A stretch of 64,000 nucleotides of DNA from Candidatus Omnitrophota bacterium (GTDB lineage Bacteria; Omnitrophota; Gorgyraeia; Tantalellales; Tantalellaceae). A program made the position numbers and the translations under genes. The number at the start of each line of letters is the position of its first letter. Within the stretch, counting starts at the first letter, position 1. The notes below the pieces were generated by a model that saw only the letters and a program-made list of their open reading frames with translations, ran no database searches and was not told where the DNA came from. The stretch is taken from contig JAJRVD010000041.1 in NCBI GenBank assembly GCA_024277375.1, positions 2,323 through 66,322 of the forward strand, written 5' to 3'. Below are positions 12,619 through 23,400 of the stretch, in pieces.

Positions 12619-12969
12619 GTGAAACATATAAGGAAGTCAAAAGATTTCGCTAGAGTGTTGCAAAACGGCAAAAAAACGCGCGGTAAAATGGTATCTCTAT
12701 ATTGTCTGACGGATAAGGGCGACGAGGACAAGGAAATATACGTTGGACTTATAGTTTCCAAGAGATGCGCGCCCAAAGCGGTTACAAGGAACCATATCCG
12801 ACGCCTCATATATGCTTTTTTCCGGGAAGAAAATGGCGCATGGGCCCGGGGAATCAAAACGGTGGTCAAGCTGGAAAAAGATGTCCGTGACGAAACAAGG
12901 AAAGAAATTTCCCTAATTATCAGAGGCGACCTGACAATCCTTTCGAAAAAGGCGGGGATCGTAGAATGA
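12619..12969 (+). CDS. rnpA: RNase P protein component
   Basis: 116 aa, basic, immediately downstream of rpmH. Confidence 0.85.
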   Translation: MKHIRKSKDFARVLQNGKKTRGKMVSLYCLTDKGDEDKEIYVGLIVSKRCAPKAVTRNHIRRLIYAFFREENGAWARGIKTVVKLEKDVRDETRKEISLIIRGDLTILSKKAGIVE

Positions 12970-13187
12970 AAAAAATATTGATCTTGGCACTGAAGGGGTA
13001 TAGAAGGTATATAAGCCCCTACACGATCAGAAGCTGTAGGCATGTCCCCTCTTGTTCCGAGTATGCCGTCGAGGCGGTTGAAAGATTCGGAATACTTAAA
13101 GGAAGCGCGCGGGCTGTTTGGCGAATATTAAAGTGTAATCCCTTCGTGCGTGGAGGATATGACCCGGTTGTTAAAAATAAAGGATAA
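12966..13187 (+). CDS. yidD: Membrane protein insertion efficiency factor YidD
   Basis: 73 aa containing the conserved Cys-rich motif SCRHVPSCSEYAVEAV... Confidence 0.85.
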   Translation: MKKILILALKGYRRYISPYTIRSCRHVPSCSEYAVEAVERFGILKGSARAVWRILKCNPFVRGGYDPVVKNKG

Positions 13188-14796
13188 ATTTATGGAAAAA
13201 AGGTTGATCATAGCGCTGGCACTATCTTTTCTGGTTTTGTTCGGATTTCAAAAAATCGGCAAAAAGAACGCGCCCATACAGCAAACCCCGACATATGCGA
13301 CAACACAAAGTCAATCAAGGGGTACGTCTGTTCCGGAAGCGGCGACCGCGCCCTCTCGAGCACTTGCCCGAGAAGAAGAAAAGCCGGCGGATGAAAACCA
13401 GACACGGATAAACACCGAGAAATTTCAACTAACCTTTTCAGACGCGGGAGGCACGCTAAAAGAGTTGGCTCTTGTAGAGTACGTTGAGGAGGGGGCTCCG
13501 GAAGTGCTTTTGTCGGTGGAATATCCGGCCCAAAGGCCATTTGCGCTGAGAAGCGCCCTTGTTGAAGGGCTAGACAGAAAGGCGTATCAAATGATACGAG
13601 GGGACGGCTTTTTGGAATATCGTCTGGTGGAGGAAGATTGGCTGGAAGTAACAAAAAGATTCACTTTTCATAAAACAGCGGATTATATAGAAGCGGCGAT
13701 CTCGATAAAGAATATCTCGCCCAGAAGGACGGCCTTCGCGTATACGATCTCCGGGCCGAACGGTATCAAGCAAACAAGCAAGGTTTCCGGACGGAACTTT
13801 ACCGAGGCGGACGCTTTGGTTGATGGCAAAATGTGGAAAGCAAAATCCCTGAAAGGACAACAAGAGAGAGAGGGGATCATCTCCTGGGTGGCCCTCAAGA
13901 ACAGGTATTTTACGGCGATCATGAAGCCTTTTAACGCGCCGCGAGCGGTGATATTTAAAGAAACGAAAAAGAAAAAGATCGTAACCACACTTACCAGCCG
14001 CACTTTTTCTTTAAACGCGGGAGAAACTTCCACGGACACATATCTTTTTTATGCCGGGCCGTTGTCCGAAGCCCGACTAGGGGCGGTAAACGAAGAGCTA
14101 AAACAAATAGTAGACTACGGTTTTTTTGGAGGGATAAGCAAGAAGCTTCTTCTGGTGTTAAGGTTTTTTCATAAGATAGTAAAGAACTGGGGATTGGCAA
14201 TAATTCTGCTGACACTCCTTATCAACGCGATCCTCTTTCCTCTTACGATGAAAAGTTTCACCTCCATGCATCAAATGAAGAAGATACAACCGCATATGCA
14301 AAAATTAAAAGAGCTGCATAAAGACAATCCTCAAAAACTAAACAAAGAAATGATGGCGCTGTATAAGACGTATAATGTCAACCCGCTTGGAGGGTGCCTC
14401 CCGATGCTTTTACAGATGCCCATATTTATATCCTTGTACCAGGGGCTTATAAGGTCTGTTGAACTAAAAGGAGCGGGTTTTTTGTGGATAAAAGATCTGG
14501 CGCAACCGGACGGGGTTCCCATGCCCTTTGGCTTGCCGGTAATCGGAAACTCCATAAACATCTTACCGCTTCTTATGGTTGTAGCTATGTTCTTTCAGCA
14601 AAAATTCTCACAAGGAAGCACCCCGGCGACAGGAGATCAGGCAAGTCAGCAGAAAATGATGATGTTTATGTTTCCGCTCTTTTTCGGATTTCTTTTTTAT
14701 AAGATGCCGTCGGGACTGGTTCTTTACTGGCTTACAAACACGATCTTGATGTCTTCAGAACAGGCATGGATAAGCAAACGGTCAAGCGCGGAATAA
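13150..14796 (+). CDS. yidC: Membrane protein insertase YidC
   Basis: 548 aa with an N-terminal TM helix, a periplasmic domain and a C-terminal 5-TM Oxa1 core (possible start at 13192, MEKRLIIALA). Confidence 0.93.
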   Translation: MEDMTRLLKIKDKFMEKRLIIALALSFLVLFGFQKIGKKNAPIQQTPTYATTQSQSRGTSVPEAATAPSRALAREEEKPADENQTRINTEKFQLTFSDAGGTLKELALVEYVEEGAPEVLLSVEYPAQRPFALRSALVEGLDRKAYQMIRGDGFLEYRLVEEDWLEVTKRFTFHKTADYIEAAISIKNISPRRTAFAYTISGPNGIKQTSKVSGRNFTEADALVDGKMWKAKSLKGQQEREGIISWVALKNRYFTAIMKPFNAPRAVIFKETKKKKIVTTLTSRTFSLNAGETSTDTYLFYAGPLSEARLGAVNEELKQIVDYGFFGGISKKLLLVLRFFHKIVKNWGLAIILLTLLINAILFPLTMKSFTSMHQMKKIQPHMQKLKELHKDNPQKLNKEMMALYKTYNVNPLGGCLPMLLQMPIFISLYQGLIRSVELKGAGFLWIKDLAQPDGVPMPFGLPVIGNSINILPLLMVVAMFFQQKFSQGSTPATGDQASQQKMMMFMFPLFFGFLFYKMPSGLVLYWLTNTILMSSEQAWISKRSSAE

Positions 14797-14808
14797 GGCG
14801 GATAAAGA

Positions 14809-15048
14809 ATGTACAAAAAAAAGGCCGAATCTGCGGCGGAAACAAAAAAACTTAAAAAAAGCGGTAAGATCACAACAATAGAAGTTGAAGATGTTACCAC
14901 TGAAAAAGCGATGCGCAAAGCGTTAAGAGCTCTGGGAGCCAAGAAGAAAGAAGTAAAGATCGAGGTTCTCAAGGAAGAGCAAAAAGGTCTTTTTGGAATG
15001 AAAGGCGCGGAGCTGGCGAAGATAAAAGTAACACTGAAAAACCAATGA
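14809..15048 (+). CDS. jag: Jag/KhpB N-terminal domain protein (Jag_N only); the KH and R3H domains are absent
   Basis: ITTIEVEDVTTEKAMRKALRALGAKKKEVKIEVLKEEQKGLFGMKGAELAKIKV matches Jag_N. The gene ends one nucleotide before the convergent gene at 15049. Confidence 0.6.
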   Translation: MYKKKAESAAETKKLKKSGKITTIEVEDVTTEKAMRKALRALGAKKKEVKIEVLKEEQKGLFGMKGAELAKIKVTLKNQ

Positions 15049-17271
15049 TCAAGAAGGCACCGGCTCTTCTTCCTCCTCTTGAATGATTTCAATAAAAGTA
15101 TTCACTATCTCAGGGTCAAAATGCGAGCCTGAAGAGTCTTGAATGATCTTTATGGCTGTTCCCGTGTCAAAAGCTTTTCGATAAGGCCGATCAGAAGTGA
15201 GAGCTTGATAAACATCGGCTAACGCGATAATACGCGCCCCGCGCGGGATCTCAGAACCCGCAAGCCCGCAAGGGTACCCTCCCCCATCCCACTTTTCGTG
15301 ATGGTAATAAATTAGAGGAATAATATCCTGCAGAAAATGTATGGGACGCAAAATGTCAGCGGCTATCTGAGGATGTTTTTTTATCTCTTCGAATTCCTGT
15401 TCTGTGAGCTTGCCGGCCTTTAGAAGGATCTTATCGCTTATACCCACTTTTCCCAGGTCATGCAACATAGCTCCCTGTCGGATGCGTTCTATTTCTTCCG
15501 GAGGAAGGCCCAGTTTTTTGGCGATCTTTAGCGCGTAACGAACGGTTTTCTCCACATGGTCGCCTGTATAATTGTCTTTCATCTCGATAGTTTTGGCAAA
15601 AGCAAAAATAGCTTCCGCCGAGCTCTGGTTTTCCCTCTTGGTAAGACGCTCCAGCTTATTGGCGAGACTTTGCATGTTGTCCGTGTCGGAAGACATGGTC
15701 CGGGAAGACCGCTTTTTTATGGAGGAGAGATCATAAACTCTATTCCCTCCGTCTGACTGGGCTTTGTGCAGTATCTTTTCGGTTTTGTCTATTAAGCTGG
15801 ATCCCTTCGAGGCCTTGTCTTCAGGATATGAAGAGACCCCCACACTTAACCGTAACTGCACAGTATGTTGTTTGTCTCCGAATTTATAGAAATTTACCGT
15901 TTCCAGGATCCTTTGAGTCAGCGCCATAGTGATGGTTTTGTCTATGCGCGAAGAGATAACCACAAATTTTTCTCCTTCAAGGCGGGTGATAACATCATAC
16001 TTGCGGAACGTTTGCTGCAGGTATTCCGCGAATTGTTTTAGCACCAGATCGCCAAACTTTCGGCCATAAAGATCGTTAATTGATTTAAAATAGTCTATGT
16101 CAAGCATGACTACCGATAACGGGTATCCCATCCTTTTTGCCCGATCAAACTCGGCCTCAATGGATTTTTCAAGGAAACGATGATTATAAAGACCGGTAAG
16201 AGGGTCTATTAAAGCAAGCTCTCTCAGTTTTTTATTCGCGGCGATAAGGTCTTTCTGGAATTGTCTTATTTGTTCATCGAAATTTCTACGTTCAGTAACG
16301 TCTTCACCGGAACTCAGGCATCCGATGACTTTCCCGTCGGGGTCTTTAACGGCGGCGTGGCGCCAGGAGATCGTCCGCTCTTCCCCGCTTTTTGTTAAAA
16401 CAGGAAGCTCAAAAGAATCAAAAGTTTTGAAGCGACCGGAAAGCACTTTGTCAAAAATTTCCGTCATCGGTTCCTTCAGTCTTCGCGGAACAAAATTAGT
16501 AAACCAGTTTTTGCCTACGATATCTTCCCTTTTTTGCCCCAGGATCATGCAGCCGCAGTTATTGATCCTTTCAACTTTTTTATCCGGCCCTATCACAACC
16601 ATCAAAACATCAGCTATATCAAAATAAAGCCTCACCTTGTCGCGCTCCTCTTTTAACGCGTTTTCGGTGCGCTTAAGTTGTGTGATATCTTTGAAAACTC
16701 CTATAATATGCGCTAACTTGCCCTTTTCATCCTTTATCATGGAACCCGTGACAATTAAGGGGATCTTTTTGCCTTGTTTCGTAAGCGCGATGGTCTCAAA
16801 TTTTTTCATTACGCCGGAACGCACCATATCTTCCATTGTTTTTATGTGGGAAGAGAGCTCTTTCCGGGGAAAAAGCTTAAAGATAGACTTGCCCACTATC
16901 TCCCGGGTGGTATAACCCCAAATTCTCGTGAAAGCGTTGTTTATGCTGGCGACTTTCGCGTCAGGCGTCATTACGATCACGGCATCAGCTATGGCATTAA
17001 AGTACTGTGCCGATTTCTCGAGATCCTCGTAGGACTTAAGGTTAACGGGGGTTTTAGTGCTTTTTGAAGAGCGTAGGTACTCATTAACAAGCGCATGTAG
17101 TTTTATGTGCCCGAGTTTAGACTCGATCTTGGCCGCGGCCACCTGAGCTTCGACTTCCTTCAAGACGGCTTCAGCCTCTTTTCTTGAAGCGCTCACAGTT
17201 TCGCGCAGCCGTTTGCCGTTTATGCGGTAGTCAATGAAGTATTTGCCGTTTTTTTTACGTAAAGTAGCCAT
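15049..17271 (-). CDS. Multidomain signalling protein: integrase arm-like N-terminus, 2-3 PAS domains, a degenerate GGDEF domain and an HD-GYP c-di-GMP phosphodiesterase
   Basis: The HD-GYP motif is intact (MLHDLGK...HHEKWDGGGYP). The GGDEF signature is degenerate (RLEGEKF). The N-terminal sequence is KNGKYFIDYRINGKRLRETVSASRKEAEAVL. Confidence 0.88.
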   Translation of the reverse strand: MATLRKKNGKYFIDYRINGKRLRETVSASRKEAEAVLKEVEAQVAAAKIESKLGHIKLHALVNEYLRSSKSTKTPVNLKSYEDLEKSAQYFNAIADAVIVMTPDAKVASINNAFTRIWGYTTREIVGKSIFKLFPRKELSSHIKTMEDMVRSGVMKKFETIALTKQGKKIPLIVTGSMIKDEKGKLAHIIGVFKDITQLKRTENALKEERDKVRLYFDIADVLMVVIGPDKKVERINNCGCMILGQKREDIVGKNWFTNFVPRRLKEPMTEIFDKVLSGRFKTFDSFELPVLTKSGEERTISWRHAAVKDPDGKVIGCLSSGEDVTERRNFDEQIRQFQKDLIAANKKLRELALIDPLTGLYNHRFLEKSIEAEFDRAKRMGYPLSVVMLDIDYFKSINDLYGRKFGDLVLKQFAEYLQQTFRKYDVITRLEGEKFVVISSRIDKTITMALTQRILETVNFYKFGDKQHTVQLRLSVGVSSYPEDKASKGSSLIDKTEKILHKAQSDGGNRVYDLSSIKKRSSRTMSSDTDNMQSLANKLERLTKRENQSSAEAIFAFAKTIEMKDNYTGDHVEKTVRYALKIAKKLGLPPEEIERIRQGAMLHDLGKVGISDKILLKAGKLTEQEFEEIKKHPQIAADILRPIHFLQDIIPLIYYHHEKWDGGGYPCGLAGSEIPRGARIIALADVYQALTSDRPYRKAFDTGTAIKIIQDSSGSHFDPEIVNTFIEIIQEEEEEPVPS

Positions 17272-17765
17272 GGTGTCCTGCTCCTTTCAGTGCCCAAAGT
17301 GCCCAGAAAAAACACACCACAAAACCTCAAAATGGACAATACAAAGTGTACCACAGTTTTTCCCAATAGTCAAAATTAACGCAAAAAAAAGCAACAAAAT
17401 TTTAGCGATTTAAAAAAAACAAAATACGCAAAAAAAACTCAAAAACATAAAGCCATAAAACCTTTGGTTGTAAGGTGTTATGCTTGCAGGAAAAAGGAGA
17501 GGCCACGGCATGGGAGTGCCCATATTTTGGGCACCGTCTAAAAAAGCAGGCAAAACCCGGGAAAACTTTGAGATATAAAAAAAGAGTTTTTGGATACGTG
17601 GAAAAGGAGCACAAAAGAGCCAAAGAACGGGAGACCCAGGGGCACTAAAAGATTTGTGCCAGGAAAAGCAAGATATCCCACCTGTTGAAAACCTGTGCAT
17701 AACTACATAACATTTTTAGCTATAATGAGTTATGCGTGTAAAACAAAACGCTGTTTTTTCAATCA

Positions 17766-17882
17766 GACCGTGTCATAATGTAGGGGCTTGATTCATCAAG
17801 CCCGTTATATCGGGTTCGATAAATCGAACCCCTACTATGTCTTGTATGCGGCCATCCGCAAAACAAATTACGACACAGCTCG
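17766..17882 (+). mobile_element. MITE-like repeat, copy 3
   Basis: GACCGTGTCATAATGTAGGGGCTTGATTCATCAAGCCCGTTATATCGGGTTCGATAAATCGAACCCCTAC...AATTACGACACAGCTCG. Confidence 0.85.
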
Positions 17883-18083
17883 AATGACGAAAGTTCCGTT
17901 TTGTAGGATCCTTTTTGAGTTTCAAGAACCCCGCATGTTGAGGGCCGAAAAATCTAAAGACGGTTACGCTGCTGTCAAAAAAGTGAATAGCCAGAGTTTT
18001 TGGTATAGCGAAGCAAGTTTCCGTCCGCTTTGCCTTCGGCAAATGCTCAAGGAGCCTTTTTGACCGTTTCACAGGCCAAAAAG

Positions 18084-18099
18084 GTTTCCACGTGGAAAC
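18084..18099. promoter_or_regulatory. parS: parS-like centromere site, a perfect 16-bp palindrome GTTTCCACGTGGAAAC
   Basis: One-symmetric-change variant of the consensus tGTTTCACGTGAAACa, about 400 bp upstream of parA. Confidence 0.6.
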
Positions 18100-18280
18100 T
18101 CTTCTTTGGGCAGTACAAAGGGCCCGGTGAATTCCTACCAGGTTTCCCTGTACGGAATCCCGCACACATCCTTTCCCGGATATAAAACAAATTCTAAGGC
18201 CGACCTCGCACGGGATAATACACAGCATCTTTCGCCACAATAAAACCATCAGATGTCATCCTGAGCGAGGCCCGATTGCA

Positions 18281-18396
18281 GACTGTGCCATAATGTAGGG
18301 GCTTGATTCATCAAGCCCGTTATATCGGGTTCGATGAATCGAACCCCTACATTATGTTGTATACGGCCATTCACGAAACGAATTACGACACAGCCC
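18281..18396 (+). mobile_element. MITE-like repeat, copy 4; supplies a spurious N-terminal extension to the parA ORF
   Basis: GACTGTGCCATAATGTAGGGGCTTGATTCATCAAGCCC...AATTACGACACAGCCC. Confidence 0.85.
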
Positions 18397-18497
18397 GCTT
18401 GTCCCGAGCGAAGCCGAGGGAAAGGGCCGAGTCGAAGGATCTAAAAACGCGAGATAAATCATTGACACAAGAACACCCGTGTGATATAGTGATTTCG

Positions 18498-19328
18498 ATG
18501 AAGAAGATAGCATTTTGCAATCAGAAGGGCGGCGTAGCAAAGACAACATCAGCAATAAACATTGCCGCGTATCTTGCCTTGAATGGAAGAAGAACACTCC
18601 TGGTAGACCTGGACCCCCAGGCAAACGCTACAAGTGGCGTAGGCATTGACAAAGAGAATATCACCCAAAGCATCTATAATGTGCTGCACGAACACATAAC
18701 ACCAAAAGAAGCCGTCATGGAGACGGCAATAGAGAATTTGTATGTGCTGCCGTCAAACATAAGTCTTACCGGCGCGGAAGTAGAACTCGTAAATGTTATG
18801 GGCAGAGAGTACAGGCTTAAGAAAGCGTTGGAAGAGATCCAGACAGAATTTGATTATGCTATCTTTGATTGTCCTCCGTCGTTGGGGCTTTTGACGATCA
18901 ATGGTCTTACGGCAGCGGATTCAGTAATTGTTCCCATACAATGCGAGTACTACGCACTGGAAGGGGTAGGCCAGTTGATGAAAACATTAGAGCTTATCCG
19001 GGAGAATTTAAATGAAAGGTTAGCCATAGAAGGGATCCTTATGACCCTGGCAGACTTCCGGACGAATCTGACCAAAGAAGTCATAAGCGAAGTGAAACAG
19101 CATTTTGGTGATAAGGTTTACCGGACAATAATACCCAGAACCATCAAGCTGACAGAAGCTCCCGGGTTCGGGAAACCAATAGCTTTATATGCGGAGCATT
19201 CAACGGGCGCAAAAAAATACGCGGAGGTGACCAGAGAGATACTGGGGTTGCCATTAAGCTCGCAACTTATTGAGGGCGAAGAAGTTGCAGCAACGACAGA
19301 GGAGAGTCATGGAGAAGCGATTGGGTAA
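18498..19328 (+). CDS. parA: Chromosome partitioning ATPase ParA/Soj
   Basis: MKKIAFCNQKGGVAKTTSAINIAAYLA... (deviant Walker A). The true ATG is at 18498; the ORF-track start at 18303 lies inside the MITE. Confidence 0.95.
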   Translation: MKKIAFCNQKGGVAKTTSAINIAAYLALNGRRTLLVDLDPQANATSGVGIDKENITQSIYNVLHEHITPKEAVMETAIENLYVLPSNISLTGAEVELVNVMGREYRLKKALEEIQTEFDYAIFDCPPSLGLLTINGLTAADSVIVPIQCEYYALEGVGQLMKTLELIRENLNERLAIEGILMTLADFRTNLTKEVISEVKQHFGDKVYRTIIPRTIKLTEAPGFGKPIALYAEHSTGAKKYAEVTREILGLPLSSQLIEGEEVAATTEESHGEAIG

Positions 19329-20142
19329 AGGGCTAGGCGCTCTTATTTCAGAAGAACCGAGTAAAGCGAAAGAAAAGGTAGAAAAGATCCGGTTGACGGA
19401 AATAGTTCCAAACCCGTTTCAGCCGCGGAAAAACTTTGGTTCGGAAAAAATGGAAGACCTGATAAACTCTATTCGCGAAAAAGGCGTGATCCAGCCCATA
19501 CTGGTTCGTCCGGTTGACACCGGGTACGAGATAATAGCCGGTGAAAGAAGATGGCGAGCCGCCCAACAATTAGAGTTGGAAGAGATCCCGGCGCTAGTAA
19601 GAAAAGAAACAGATGACGTCAGTAGTCTTGAGATCTCAATTATCGAGAACATCCAGAGAGAAGAACTCAATCCCATTGAAGAAGCAAGCGCTTATCAGGA
19701 GCTGGTAAGTAAGTTTGCGTATACATTAGACAACGTCGGCCGGATGGTCGGTAAAGATAAAACAACGATCTCTAACAGCCTGCGGCTCTTATCCCTCTCG
19801 AAAGAGATCCGGATCCTCATAGAAGAAGGAAGGATCTCATCTGGCCACGCCAAAGCGCTTCTGTCTGTTTCAAGCGAAAGGAAGAGAAAGGCAATTCTTG
19901 TAGCGATCCTCCGGAAGGGCCTGTCAGTCAGGGAAGCGGAACATTTGGCCAAGAAAACAGGACAGTTAAAAACCAAAACAAGCAGGGCAAAAGATCCGGA
20001 AGCTCTCAGGATAGAAGAAGACCTCCGCCATAAGCTCGGGACCAAAGTGAACATCCGCCAGGGCAAAAAAAGAGGGCAGATAGAGATCCAGTACTATTCC
20101 AATGAAGACCTTCAGCGCATCCTGGGTCTCATCCTTTCGTAA
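19309..20142 (+). CDS. parB: Chromosome partitioning protein ParB/Spo0J
   Basis: ParB box (GERRWRAA) and HTH present. ATG at 19309 follows a GAGGAGAG RBS; the ORF track starts at 19270. Confidence 0.9.
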   Translation: MEKRLGKGLGALISEEPSKAKEKVEKIRLTEIVPNPFQPRKNFGSEKMEDLINSIREKGVIQPILVRPVDTGYEIIAGERRWRAAQQLELEEIPALVRKETDDVSSLEISIIENIQREELNPIEEASAYQELVSKFAYTLDNVGRMVGKDKTTISNSLRLLSLSKEIRILIEEGRISSGHAKALLSVSSERKRKAILVAILRKGLSVREAEHLAKKTGQLKTKTSRAKDPEALRIEEDLRHKLGTKVNIRQGKKRGQIEIQYYSNEDLQRILGLILS

Positions 20143-20403
20143 AACGAAATCAAAAATAACATAGGAGCGGCCTCCCCTCGACCTCGCTCGGGACAGGCTG
20201 GCCGCGAACCAGTGGTGCATTTCTACCGGGGGCGACGGATCTCTGTTGCGGCAAAGTGCGAACCATGTTATTGCACAAAGGGGAAGTTAGAAAGGCAAAA
20301 GGAAGCAAGCTTTGAGTTGAGCGAACGAAGCGTTTCTGCTATAATGTTATAATAACAAACACCTAGAAGGCAAAACATATAGTAAACGTAGTACATAACA
20401 CAT

Positions 20404-23400
20404 ATGAACAAACGCTATATCACACACAAAATAACTATAAAGATCATATCCACTCTCGTGGTGTGCCTGTTTATGGTGAACTCGTTCGCCTGGGCAATGC
20501 CGCGTCAAATCAATATTTCCTCAACAAAGACCCTTCAAGCCGAGCTGATGACAGCAAGGATATTGAAAAACATAGACATCCAATATAGAGATACCGCCGC
20601 GGTAGAGGTAAAAACTATCCTTACAATGCTGGGAAGAGGAGATCCGATCCTGAACATAAACGCGGCATTAAGCATCGCCCATGGCGAAGCTGAAAAGATG
20701 TCAGATCCTATCTTGGAAGTAAAATTCCTTGATGACGTAGGAGCTGCCTCCGGCAGCGAACAAAAAAGCGACGAAAGAACGGTTGAATTAAGATACAAAG
20801 ACAAACCGAGGGAAGTACCGATCTGTCGAGTGATCAGGTCAAAGAATGGCAGAATATGGGTCGAGGATATCCTTGAAGAAAAACCCTTTGAGGATTTATT
20901 CGGCGAGATATTGGAACAGGTGGACGAAGAAAACAAAAGAAAAGCCGGGAAAGAGCTGGAGACAATTATCGCGATGGCGCTGGCCGCGGAACCCTATCCG
21001 AATATAAATGAGGCGTTAAATGGTTTTGCCGCCGCCAAAGAAAGGGGCAAACGGATATTAGAAATAAAGTCACCGGTTTACAGAACGGACGGAACGGTCG
21101 CGATTGAAATCGGATTTTTAGGGATGCCGCATGGAGGGCCTAAGTATAGAATTATTCTGAAGGGGTGCCGGGACAAGGAAGACCTGGCAAGAGAGCCCAG
21201 TAAGATAGAAATAAAAAGAATAAAATTTTATGAAGCTTGGCGGGAGTATAGAGTAGAGAAAAAATATCCGCGCTATGCGGATAGAAGCGGATACGGATTC
21301 ATAGGTGGTCCCAGGGGAGACATCGCGGAGGCATACAGAAAAGGGTTAATTTTCAAGATGAAGGAATCCGGATTGAGCGAAGATGAGAAGCGTTTGGTCT
21401 CAGACGCACTCATCCGCGTAACCGAAGGATCTATGCGGGACCGTAAAGAGTTTTTCTCGGAAGGAGAGATAGCCGAGATTTTGTGTTACAGCGATTTTAA
21501 CATAAAAGGTCTCATTTCAAAAATAATAAAGGAAAAGAACAAATACGAGGCGGTAGTTGACGAGAAAGGAAAAAGGCTCTTTAGCGAAAAGCAGATAAAC
21601 GCTCTTGTTCTTAGAAGATTCGCGCCATTAAGCTGGATCGAGAATCTCCGGAATGGAGGGCTCTCTAAAGCAGAGGCCGTTGAATGCGTGAAAAGATGGG
21701 CGAGGCCTAAAGAAGAATGGAAAAGGCTTGAGCCGGTCAGAGATAAGATAGTCGCGGGAAAATGGTTTAAGAGAAGAGAAGCGAACCGCATAGTTACAAG
21801 ATGGAAGGACGCGGAAGAAAAGGCCAGAGATATTAAAGATATCTGCGGGACTCTGATAAAAGACGGACTTTCAAAGTCAAGCGCTCTTGGTATTGTTTTG
21901 CAGTGGAAGAATCCGAAGAAAAAGTGGAAGAATACACTTGAACCTCTCCTTAACAGATTAGTAAAAAAGGGAATACCCCGAGGAGTAGCGTTTCAATTGG
22001 TTATTAAACACAGGGACCCGGAAAAGAAACTGGAAGACATACAGGATGACGTCGAGATGCTAAAGGGAAAGGGGCTTACAGAGTCAGCCGCGATGCGCTT
22101 TGCCATAAGGCACGCGAATGTGGAAGACAAATGGAATGAAATGATAAAAAACAGTAAAAAGATCAGGAAGCAAGGGTGGAGCCGGCGGCAGGCGATGATC
22201 ATAGCATACAAGTATAGGGACCCGGAAAACGAGGGAAGAAAAAGAACGATAGTATATGAGCAACTTATTAAAGAGGGGATACCCGAAGAAAGAGCGAAAG
22301 AATGCGTCATAAAATGGACTCACGCCGCAGAAAAGATCAAAGCGGTAGAAAAAACAACAAAGCTCATCGAAGAGAAGTTGCGGGGCAAGGTGAAAAAAGT
22401 TTTCGTGTGGGTGTTAAATAACAGCTATGGGAATCTAAAAAAGAAATTACGGTATAGATATAAGCAAACAGGTGACGAAATCGCGAGGCTACTTGAGCCT
22501 TTGCGCGAATACGAGGAAAAATACGGACAAGAAAAGGAAGACAACTTTGAGATCATAGAGAAAGGAGCGAGAAAGAAAGAACAAGGCGAACAAAAAAAGC
22601 CAAAAGCGAAGAAGAAAGAACGAAAAATAGAAACATTTACGGTAGACATGGAGGACGGGATATATGATCCAAAAGCAATTATAGGGACGGAAAAAAAGAA
22701 AAAGAGAAAGCTAGCTAAAAGTATGGCGGAAACAGAAGTGGAAGTTTTTAGTCCGGAAGAAGGGAAGAAGCACAAACAAGAAATGATCAGACATCTGACG
22801 GAGGTGGTACTTGCTGAAATCGCGGACGACTCGACGCGTATCGCGATAAGAAACAAAAAAGTTGTAGGGTTTGTGGAATTCGCTTACAGGACAGGAAAAC
22901 AAGAGGCACAAATCAAGAGAATTACAGTCTCCGAAGAAGAGCGCGATAAAGGTGTCGGGCACAGCTTGATGGATAAGGCGGTTAACGCGATTCTTGAACA
23001 CGACCCAAACAATAACAAAATACAAATAAAAGCGCCAACAGGAAAAGAAGGGTTCTATCGGGAGAAATATCTTCCGGGAAGAGAAAAAAACAAAACAACG
23101 AACGTGCCGTGGTACGTGGAATGGCATGCGCCGGCAGGGTACGCCGGCGGCGTCCGTTTTGATGTGACGGTATATAAGAAGAAACAAGAAACTTCCATAA
23201 AGAAGCAAAATGCTCCTCCTCGGAATAAAGAGGGTTTTACCTCTGTGTGTACGCTTGAAGTGGAGGGCAAAATATTTGTAGTACGTCAGCTTGTTCACGA
23301 GAAAAATAACAACGGATATAGTTATAAAGTAAGAGATATTGGGGTTTACGAGGTTAAGAGCGGGGGAAAGGAAATTTTCGCGGGCGGTATTTTCTATGTC

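Noticed and set aside
17773-18249. 158-aa minus-strand ORF and 91-aa plus-strand ORF (17788..18063) in the region upstream of parA
   Set aside because: Both begin inside MITE copies (the MIHQARYIGFDKSNPY translation recurs at 18303, 41492, 44135 and 54882) and have no RBS. The region is better explained as non-coding with parS and operator-like repeats.
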